Below, piece after piece: positions 35,457-43,318 of a stretch of DNA of 64,000 bases. The translations under genes were made by a program, and so were the position numbers. Origin of the DNA: a virus (lineage: Duplodnaviria; Heunggongvirae; Uroviricota; Caudoviricetes); IMG/VR virus record IMGVR_UViG_3300043024_000042; one strand, written 5' to 3'. Under the pieces are notes generated by a model that saw only the letters and a list, made by a program, of their open reading frames with translations, did not search any database and had not been told where the DNA came from. Each line of letters starts with the position of its first letter. Positions within the stretch are counted from its first letter, which is position 1.

Positions 35457-36380
35457 TTAGGCCACGAGTTTAGCGGCGAGCACGGCCGCAAGCTCAGGCT
35501 CTACACCGCCATCGACGAGCACGGCCGCAGCGTCAGCCAGAGCGCGGGCACGCTTTTCGGCGGCTTCCTTTTCGGCGGCCTCCTTGTTAGCCATGTCAGA
35601 GGTTGCAGCCCGATAGTCCCTGTTAACCTTTTCGGCCGCGCGGATACCACGTTTTTCGGCACGCTCTAGACGCTTTTCTGCTGCGACCTTAGCGCGGATA
35701 GAGGCGAGCACGCCACGGACGCCGTAGACGGCCACACCGCGAGCGTCAACCACGCGCCCGTAATAGTCTAGCAGGCAGTCAGACAGTACCAGCTTATTAT
35801 AAGGCACGAGGCGCAGCACGTCGAGCACGTGTTTTTCATCATCCGTCAGATCCTGGCAGGCTGCAACCTTAGCGCGGGCGGTCTTAGCAATCTTGTTAAC
35901 CAAGTTGATAGATTTGGCCGGGCTTAGTTGATCCGCATCCACCACGGCCGCGCGACGCTCAGCGCACTTTGCTAAGTAGGACGAGTAAGCCGCATCCGAC
36001 AGAGCCGCGAGGCGGGAGGACTGCAGGGTGATAGCGTCAGCGGCAGCAGCATCCGCCAGAGCCGCGGGCACCTCATCCGCCATACAGTCAGTAACCGCGA
36101 TATATTCGCGGACAGCGGCGGCGGCCGAAGTATCGGCAGCGACGGCGTCAGCGTCAGCCAGAGCGAGGGCACGCAGAGCGTAGAGGCGCGGGGATACTTG
36201 CAGCGACGCGGGTACGGAGTCGGCCGCACGTTTGACGACGAGCTCCGGAGATTGTGACGAGATAGCCACGTATACACGAGCATTAGAGGACGCAGACGCG
36301 GGAGCTACAGACTCAGAGGTCGCAGGGGCAGCGACTCCTAATACATTCACTGATTGATTGTTTCTTTCTTCAGTTTTCAT
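35457..36380 (-). CDS. alanine-rich (about 30% Ala) coiled-coil protein, function unknown
   Basis: Gene-strand upstream sequence ATTATTAACATTTAAATACAAAAGATTATG is a variant of the early-gene element. Very GC-rich coding sequence, so the ORF could be partly an artefact of GC richness. Confidence 0.4.
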   Translation of the reverse strand: MKTEERNNQSVNVLGVAAPATSESVAPASASSNARVYVAISSQSPELVVKRAADSVPASLQVSPRLYALRALALADADAVAADTSAAAAVREYIAVTDCMADEVPAALADAAAADAITLQSSRLAALSDAAYSSYLAKCAERRAAVVDADQLSPAKSINLVNKIAKTARAKVAACQDLTDDEKHVLDVLRLVPYNKLVLSDCLLDYYGRVVDARGVAVYGVRGVLASIRAKVAAEKRLERAEKRGIRAAEKVNRDYRAATSDMANKEAAEKEAAEKRARALADAAAVLVDGGVEPELAAVLAAKLVA

Positions 36381-36971
36381 AATCTTTTGTATTTAAATGT
36401 TAATAATAAATTGACTTCTATTACAAATTTACCACTTTATTTTAATACCTCAATCATATACGCAAAGAATTTGGGGAGTATTTTAGTTAAAATCCGAAAA
36501 AAGTTATAAAACGCTGAAAATAAGGTAGTTATAATAGTCGATATGCTACACTTGTAATATTTAAAAATAGCCGGTACCCCCCCCAATTATAGATATAAAA
36601 AATTTGACCCTTGACCTCCAAAATATTTTTCCCATCTTAAATTTTCCCCAATCCAATTTTTTCCATTTCCCCAAATATCCATTTCCCCAGCTCTAAATTC
36701 CCGCTCAAAGATTTTTTCTCAAATCTTGACACGTTTACATTCCTTAACACTATTTTAACATTACGAAGGTATGTTTAAATATTGCTAATATGTTTGCGAT
36801 ATTGTATGACATTGCTATCTTTGGCACATCGTAACATGGTTGCGTAACCATTTGGGTTATATGGAAATTACGCAGATTACGTATTTATACCCTATCCCCC
36901 TTATCTCCCGCGTTTGTGGATTTGTATATGGGCCAGAATAGAAGTATTAATTTTATATAGCCCGAAAAATT

Positions 36972-38498
36972 TTGACAAAATTGTTTTTCGACATGGCATA
37001 CAAGGCAAAGACGAACTTCAACTACACTCCCAAGTGCGCGGAGATGACAGAACTGGCGGTAGGCAACCTGCGGGATGTCTACTCGCGTGACGTATTCCGC
37101 ATGGTGGAAGGGGTAAGGGGTTACTCCGAGCAGGCCAATGCCCTGTGCAAGTTTATCAAGGGTGCTTTCCGTGCGGCTGCTTTCGGGGTCTACAAGGGTC
37201 AGATACATTTCTTCACGGGTAAGATCTACGAACCGGTGCCTGCCTTTGTGATGAGGGACATCGTGAGCCAGTTCCTTGACGGGCTAGGTATCTCCCCGCG
37301 TCTGTTGTTGAAGTACGGGGACAACAAGTTCTTCTGGGAGGCGCAGCGCGCCTGCTACTACAATCCCTTGCAGCCCTCGTTCCATCTCATGTCGTTCAGG
37401 AACTGTGTGGTGGATATGTCCACCGTGACGCAGTACCCGCATGACCCGAGATACCACTGCGTGTACCTGCATGACTATGACTTTGACATGACCGCGGAGT
37501 GTCCCACGTGGAAGGCTTTCCTAAAGAGGATGCTTCCCGACAAGGCATCCCGCCAGATATTGCAGATGTACCTCTCGCTGGCCCTCGTCGACAGAAGTTC
37601 CATGACGATGAAGGTGGAGAGCTGCCTCTGCTGCTACGGCTCCGGCTCCAACGGCAAGTCCGTTGTGTTCGAGACCGTGTGCGGGCTGTTCGGGCGGGAG
37701 AACATAGGCATGTCGGGTGTCGAGGCCATCATCTGCGGACGGGGCGACGAGCAGCTCCGGGCCGCCGCCGCCATCGACGGGATGAGATTGCTGTACTGCT
37801 CCGAGGTGAACAAGAAACTGGCGGTGGGGGACTCATCCTCGCTTTTCAAGAAATTCGTGTCGGGCGAGCCGATACAGGGCAGACTGATAGGGCAGGACGA
37901 GTATACCATATACAACATACCCTATCTCGTGATGAACCTGAACGACAGGATAGACACCGGGGACAACTCGTATGCGATAACCAGGCGGTTCATAGAGCTT
38001 GACTTCCCGGTGAGGATCACGGAGGAAGAGAAGGACATGGGACTGGCTGGGAAGATAGCGAAGGAATACACGGGGGTGATGGCATGGCTCGTCCGCGGGA
38101 TGAGGAATTTCAAGGCCAACGGGTACCGGTTCCCGCAGTCGCAGGCTACCGAGATGGCCAAGTTCAAGAACCTGGCATACTCCGACCCGTTCTACGCATG
38201 GACCACCCTCTCGCTCATGCGCGACAAGCCGCTGAAACGGAACGAGGAAGCGCAGAAATACGCGGTGGCCGACCTCTTCGCCAGCTACGTCGCCTTCTGC
38301 GAGCTGAACGGGCTTGACTACGTGAACCTGCTGATGTTCGGACGCAAGATGGTCAAGGCGGGGTTCACCTCGCGGAGGGAGAACAAGACCACCAACTATA
38401 TCATCTACGGTGACTTCGACATACAGAGGGTGCCGGAGCTGGCCGACAAGGAGGTTTACGACATACCCGCCGTGGAGGAAGAGGAAGAGTTGTACTAA
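36972..38498 (+). CDS. phage/plasmid primase-helicase (P4/D5-type SF3 NTPase)
   Basis: Walker A YGSGSNGKSV, a Walker B-like LLYCSEVNK and an acidic C-terminal tail. 508 aa at about 60% GC. Confidence 0.7.
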   Translation: MTKLFFDMAYKAKTNFNYTPKCAEMTELAVGNLRDVYSRDVFRMVEGVRGYSEQANALCKFIKGAFRAAAFGVYKGQIHFFTGKIYEPVPAFVMRDIVSQFLDGLGISPRLLLKYGDNKFFWEAQRACYYNPLQPSFHLMSFRNCVVDMSTVTQYPHDPRYHCVYLHDYDFDMTAECPTWKAFLKRMLPDKASRQILQMYLSLALVDRSSMTMKVESCLCCYGSGSNGKSVVFETVCGLFGRENIGMSGVEAIICGRGDEQLRAAAAIDGMRLLYCSEVNKKLAVGDSSSLFKKFVSGEPIQGRLIGQDEYTIYNIPYLVMNLNDRIDTGDNSYAITRRFIELDFPVRITEEEKDMGLAGKIAKEYTGVMAWLVRGMRNFKANGYRFPQSQATEMAKFKNLAYSDPFYAWTTLSLMRDKPLKRNEEAQKYAVADLFASYVAFCELNGLDYVNLLMFGRKMVKAGFTSRRENKTTNYIIYGDFDIQRVPELADKEVYDIPAVEEEEELY

Positions 38499-38514
38499 TT
38501 AAAGACATAATGAT

Positions 38515-38874
38515 ATGGCACTGAAAGAATGGAAGAATGAGAGAAGCTTCACCTCCTGCGAGGATTGCGGGAGCTGGGGCGAGAACGGATGCAGGATGGG
38601 CCTGCAACCCGTGCGCGCGGGGTTCAACGCTGCGGGCGATTTCTATGACTGCAAGAACTTCCACCTCGCCCCCAAGAAGGAGGTGAAGGTTAGAGAAGAG
38701 ACACCCGCACCCGCTGTCGCACCTGCCGCCATAAAGAAGGAGGCGGAAGTATCTGCACCCGTACCCGCGGAGAGCGAGCCGGAGGCTGCTACTGTGGAAG
38801 GACCTGCTGCGGAGAAAGAGACCCCCAAGAAGGAGGTGAAGGCTAAGGCAAAGAAAACATCTAAAAAGAAATAG
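38515..38874 (+). CDS. zinc-ribbon protein with a Lys/Ala/Pro-rich histone-H1-like tail
   Basis: CEDCGSWGENGC..C and a C-terminal KKEVKAKAKKTSKKK. Confidence 0.45.
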   Translation: MALKEWKNERSFTSCEDCGSWGENGCRMGLQPVRAGFNAAGDFYDCKNFHLAPKKEVKVREETPAPAVAPAAIKKEAEVSAPVPAESEPEAATVEGPAAEKETPKKEVKAKAKKTSKKK

Positions 38875-38875
38875 G

Positions 38876-39403
38876 ATGGACGAGAAAGGAATTGTATGGG
38901 AGAAGAGAGTGGGGAACCTCATTCTCCGCAATATAGAGGGCCAGACATTCAACGTCACTGTGACGCGGCCTGACGGAAGCAAGGAGGATAAGGGTGAGGC
39001 AACCTTGCATTACATCACCCTTACGAATGTCGATAACAGCTTCTCCGTGGCATGGAGGGAGGATACCCTCGTATACCAGCTGCTGGAGAAATGCCACGAG
39101 CAGCCTGACGAGAATACCGACCTCATCACGGAGATCATCGCCCTCACCACGTTCTGCGTGGGCAGTTCCGCAGACGTGTGCCGCCCCTTCAAGAAAAAGG
39201 ACGGAGGGGATGTAGTGGACGGGCTGCGCCTGTCCGTGCAGCGGGCCGTATCCGACTACTTCAAGAGAGTGGGCGAGTACGCTGCCGAGGACGGGGATGA
39301 GCCGGAGGAAAAGATAATCGAGGATATGAAGGCCTATACGGAAGCCCAGTCCGCGCTTGACGGGATGAAGGCAGACGAGGCCGAAGGGAATGACCAGCGA
39401 TAG
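38876..39403 (+). CDS. hypothetical acidic protein, 175 aa
   Basis: ATGG overlap with the previous gene. Confidence 0.4.
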   Translation: MDEKGIVWEKRVGNLILRNIEGQTFNVTVTRPDGSKEDKGEATLHYITLTNVDNSFSVAWREDTLVYQLLEKCHEQPDENTDLITEIIALTTFCVGSSADVCRPFKKKDGGDVVDGLRLSVQRAVSDYFKRVGEYAAEDGDEPEEKIIEDMKAYTEAQSALDGMKADEAEGNDQR

Positions 39404-39479
39404 CAGCATGTTTTTTTCATAGTATGATGTCCCACAGCGGTGGGTAGTGTGTTTTTCATAGTAGATTGATTTAAGTTAA

Positions 39480-39995
39480 ACATTCCCCTCCTTGTCTGTG
39501 AAGATAGGGAGGTTTTGATAGGCAGTTCACATTATTACTATATACTATCTGCGCAAGTCGGATGCCGAAGCCCGGTGAGTGCATAGCTGTTACTTAAGTC
39601 TTATTTTTGTTTTGTCTAATTTTACCGCCGGACCCCGTGAGGGCAATGGCGGTTTTTGACAGAGAATTACGTACACCACATATTATTTCTATTGGATATT
39701 TCATATTGTTTCCCGTCCCGTCCGTGAGGATAGGGCGGTTTTGGAGAAGTCAAGGATATTTGGTCCTTTTAGGACCCCTGAGCCTTAACTGAGTGGTACT
39801 CATTATCTGATTAAAGTTAGTTGTTTATTTTCCCTTCCGGTCCGCGAGGATAGGGAGGCTTTTTGACGATCACTTTTTCCATATATATTATCAACCCTCT
39901 TACTACGGGAGGTTTTTTCTTTTCATAATTTGTAATTTGGTTAAATGTTAGTGTTAGGTGCGTCTGTCCGCGAGGATGGGCGCATTTTGCATAAA
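39480..39995 (+). repeat. tandem array of 5-6 conserved 40-nt hairpin-U elements (consensus CCGTCCGYGAGGATAGGGMGGTTTTTGA) spaced about 90-130 nt apart
   Basis: Copies at about 39484-39525, 39624-39662, 39707-39745, 39830-39870, 39899-39925 (partial) and 39957-39995. Each has a short GC stem, a GAGGATAGGG loop/3' arm, then a T run. Confidence 0.5.
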
Positions 39996-40211
39996 AGAAG
40001 GGCACACCCAAAACAGGATGTGCCCCGCTCCTTGCCATGGAGACCTCAGTCGCTGTCCGACTCATGGTCAACGGTGCGCCTCGGCTTATTGCAGAGATTA
40101 TGGATGGCACGGTACCATTCCACGTCCGCAGAGAGCCTGCGCACCCGCTCGCGGTGCCGGAGTTGGATATCCTTCCACTCCTTCCCGCTCATTACCACTA
40201 AACCAAATACC

Positions 40212-40754
40212 CTAATCATCGTTTGAAGAATTATTGTCTTGCTCTTTTTCTTGTTTGATGTAAAGGCTGCAATCGCGGCAGGTCAGGGGAAGGTAAAAAT
40301 GCACAAGATGTTCCTCGTCCTTCACCTCGTCCTTCTTCATCTGGAGAAGGTCCGCGTACTTCATCATCACCTCCGCTCTCTCCTTGGAACCCGGCTTCAT
40401 GGACTTGGCCGTTTTCAGCAGTTCGCGCGCCACATCGTCCTTCGTCAGCAGTCCATCCGTGGTCTGCATATCATCCTGCTCTTCCTGCTCCTGCCTGTTG
40501 CGCTTGGTGATTTTCTTATACTGCTTCTCCAGTTCGTTGACGAGATAGCAGTACGCATTGTCCGAGAGGATGCGCCTGAGCTGCCCCATGTCGTAATCCT
40601 CCGTGCTCTGCGAGTTCTTGTTGATAACCGAGTAGTAGGCATCCCTTTCCGACATGCCCACGGCCACGAGGGTGGCCATGACATACACGTCCCACTCCAC
40701 CCCGTTCTTCTTGGCCAGCTTTTGCAATTTGTCCGATACTCCTTTCATAATCAT
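40212..40754 (-). CDS. hypothetical protein, 180 aa; small-terminase candidate by position only
   Basis: Last gene of the minus-strand morphogenesis operon, next to the tandem repeat elements. Has a Cys-rich C-terminus. Confidence 0.25.
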   Translation of the reverse strand: MIMKGVSDKLQKLAKKNGVEWDVYVMATLVAVGMSERDAYYSVINKNSQSTEDYDMGQLRRILSDNAYCYLVNELEKQYKKITKRNRQEQEEQDDMQTTDGLLTKDDVARELLKTAKSMKPGSKERAEVMMKYADLLQMKKDEVKDEEHLVHFYLPLTCRDCSLYIKQEKEQDNNSSNDD

Positions 40755-41560
40755 TCCTCCAATTCATAAGCCGGTACACGATAACACTTGCAGTGCGAGT
40801 GGGGATAGCCGTTGTCCGCATCCTCCATAGGATGGAACCCGGCCTCCATGTCGCACAGCTCGCAGGGATAGTTACTGCCTCTTAACTGGTAGTAGCCTAT
40901 CGCGCCCTTCTCCTTCATATCCCATATTCCCAACTGCCACCATGCAAGGTCCAGCGACCCCACCGTGATGCGGTCTATCTGTGTCGCGCTCACATTGCTA
41001 CGACCAGTGCCGAACGTAGCACCGCGCGAGCGCAGGCGGTCCGCCCTCGGGAACGGCATGGCAAACGCTTTGGTGATGAGCGCGTCGGTCCATGGCGACT
41101 TCATGTTGGCGAGATAGTCATTGGCCGTGCGCAGGTAGTTATAGCCAGCGAGAAGCCCCGCGGCTATAAAAGCCTCCATCTCTCCCTTGTAGTTCGAGAG
41201 ATAGTTTCCTATCTGCGCGTACACGTCCTGACCGTTACCGAGGGAGGCGAGATAGGTAAGGATGCTGTCGCGTGTTTCCTCATCATTTGTCAGATTGCTT
41301 ACCGCATCCTCCAGGAGCGCGTAAATCTCCTCCAGGAGCTGCGCAATAAGCGCGTCCACCTCCCTTTGCAACTCATCGTTGTTAGAGAAGGCGAAGTCGG
41401 ATGGAGCGGTGCGGTACTTGTACCCGAGCTGGATAATCTTCACGGCATAGGCATAGAGCAGGGAATGGATACCCGAGAGCAACCCATTCTCCAGCTTTAT
41501 GCGCAGCGCGAGGAAATCCTTCGCGTCCTGCAAATCGTCCTGTGTGTATCCGGCACTCAT
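40751..41560 (-). CDS. putative head morphogenesis/minor capsid protein (Mu F / SPP1 gp7-like), Cys/His-rich C-terminus
   Basis: Position directly downstream of the portal gene. C-terminal CELCD..HSHCKC cluster. Confidence 0.35.
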   Translation of the reverse strand: MSAGYTQDDLQDAKDFLALRIKLENGLLSGIHSLLYAYAVKIIQLGYKYRTAPSDFAFSNNDELQREVDALIAQLLEEIYALLEDAVSNLTNDEETRDSILTYLASLGNGQDVYAQIGNYLSNYKGEMEAFIAAGLLAGYNYLRTANDYLANMKSPWTDALITKAFAMPFPRADRLRSRGATFGTGRSNVSATQIDRITVGSLDLAWWQLGIWDMKEKGAIGYYQLRGSNYPCELCDMEAGFHPMEDADNGYPHSHCKCYRVPAYELEE

Positions 41561-43318
41561 TTATTGTCGCTTTTTATCAAAATCATCCCAGTTATTCTCT
41601 CCTAAGAAATTGCCGTTCTTGTCCCACGTCTTTCCGCTCTTGTTGGGTCTGCCAGGCCTGCGTCCGCGACCGCCCGTATTGACATTACCCTGGTATCCCT
41701 GCGTCTTTCTCTGCGGGGTGTCATTGGCCTTTGTTGGGTCGATATCGTTCTGTAACTGGGCCATAGTGGTCTGCACCTGACCGGTGGTGTTCACATCCCC
41801 GTTGAGGATCTGCGCGCCCATTGTCTGCTGGAGGTTGGCCAGCACATCCTGCTGCTGCTCTTCCTCGATCTCCGACTTGATGCGCTCAATCTCGTCATTG
41901 GTGGTGTATACACCCGCGCGCATGGATGCCGTGCGCTTCGACATGAACTTGTTCTGCACACCGAGCGCGAGGTTCTGCATGAGTTCGGCCACATTCTGCG
42001 GAACATAAGGCTCGATCCACACATTCATCTTCAACGCTGCGAAGTCAAGGGTATGTTCCGTCTCCACTCCGTATCCATATCTGAATATCTCAACAACCCC
42101 GTCGATGAACTGCGCGAAGTCGTTGCTGTCTACCGTAGCCTGCTCGATGGCCACATGGAAGAGCAGACGGATGGATGATGAGGGTGTATCACCTGATTTC
42201 AACTCCACGTTCTTCACGCACTTGCTCTGCTGGTAGATGGCATCCTCGAGCATATCCAGCTCGGACTTGTAGGACGAGGATGCGTCCTGACGCTGCAAGA
42301 AGCCCGCCTCGCCGTCCTCGGGGATAGTCACCACCTTTACCGCGTTGTTCATGTCTCCCACAACATCGACACCCTCCCCTTTGAGATACATGATAGGTGT
42401 GCCGAAGGCATGGTTGCTCTGCGCGAGCCGTGAGAAGGCAATCTCGTAATTGTCGATGCTGTCCTGCGACTGCGACCAGCACGCACCCATATCGTTTCGG
42501 TGGTACACTACCGGGATGCGGGGGAACATGTGCTTCTTTCTCTCCACAATCTCATATCCGCTCTGTCCGTAGATGCTCTTGATGGAGTTGAGTAAGCGGT
42601 CTATCCTTGTCGCCTCTCCGCGTTTTAGACGGTAGTAATACTCATTATCCCACACCTCTATCCACGAGGTCACTGTGATGCCATCCTTATCCACATCTGT
42701 ATACTCGCGCGCGAGGCAGTTCAGGTCTCCCGTCTCCGGGTCAAAGTGGGGATAAATCTTGTCACCCTTCTCGTAGGAGAAAACGCGCCAGCCGAACTTG
42801 CCGTTCTTAAGATAGCCGACAAAGGCGGTATCTCCGGTCGCCTTGACAGCTCGAGCAGCCTCGTACCATGCCACCTCCATGCCTTTGTTGAGCCACCCGA
42901 GTCGGAAGGTTTGGAACATCTGCTCCTGATTCTCATTCTCTTTCGTGGATAGCAGCTCGAACTGAACATCATTCGCGCAGAGGTGTGTGAGTTGCTTGGT
43001 GAGGATGTCGTACTGGAAGCCGAAGGCATAGCGCGGCACTTCCTCCACGAACCACTTCCCACTCTCCGGGTCCTGCCGCCAAATGTCGGGATAGTACTGC
43101 TTGTTCCAAATCATGTGGCCGTTCTTGTCAAGCTCGCGCAGGAAGTCGGCCTGCGTCACGATGTCGAACAGCGGCTGGTCGCCCTGATAGGTGTTCAGGC
43201 TCTTTTCCCGGTCCCTCGTGAAGCCACCGCTATGATACCCTTCCGGACGGATGCGCACGAAGGGCGGCTTCAACAGCAGGTCTTGTATGCCCTGCTTAGT
43301 CAAACTTAAATTCTCCAT
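41561..43318 (-). CDS. putative portal protein
   Basis: 585 aa, immediately downstream of the terminase large subunit. Gly/Arg-rich basic C-terminal tail. Confidence 0.5.
   Translation of the reverse strand: MENLSLTKQGIQDLLLKPPFVRIRPEGYHSGGFTRDREKSLNTYQGDQPLFDIVTQADFLRELDKNGHMIWNKQYYPDIWRQDPESGKWFVEEVPRYAFGFQYDILTKQLTHLCANDVQFELLSTKENENQEQMFQTFRLGWLNKGMEVAWYEAARAVKATGDTAFVGYLKNGKFGWRVFSYEKGDKIYPHFDPETGDLNCLAREYTDVDKDGITVTSWIEVWDNEYYYRLKRGEATRIDRLLNSIKSIYGQSGYEIVERKKHMFPRIPVVYHRNDMGACWSQSQDSIDNYEIAFSRLAQSNHAFGTPIMYLKGEGVDVVGDMNNAVKVVTIPEDGEAGFLQRQDASSSYKSELDMLEDAIYQQSKCVKNVELKSGDTPSSSIRLLFHVAIEQATVDSNDFAQFIDGVVEIFRYGYGVETEHTLDFAALKMNVWIEPYVPQNVAELMQNLALGVQNKFMSKRTASMRAGVYTTNDEIERIKSEIEEEQQQDVLANLQQTMGAQILNGDVNTTGQVQTTMAQLQNDIDPTKANDTPQRKTQGYQGNVNTGGRGRRPGRPNKSGKTWDKNGNFLGENNWDDFDKKRQ

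Noticed and set aside
37499-38982. Several long overlapping ORFs in both strands inside and after the primase gene (37499..38002 +, 37634..37918 -, 38401..38982 -)
   Set aside because: This is about 60% GC DNA, where stop codons are rare in all frames. The translations are Arg/Gly/Pro-rich junk, whereas the primase frame carries Walker motifs.
34560-39403. GC-rich island as a chimeric mis-assembly or contaminant
   Set aside because: The island's first gene carries a copy of the genome-wide early-gene element, and its far edge coincides with a structured terminator array. Coding density and operon organisation continue across both borders. Read-level validation is still recommended.
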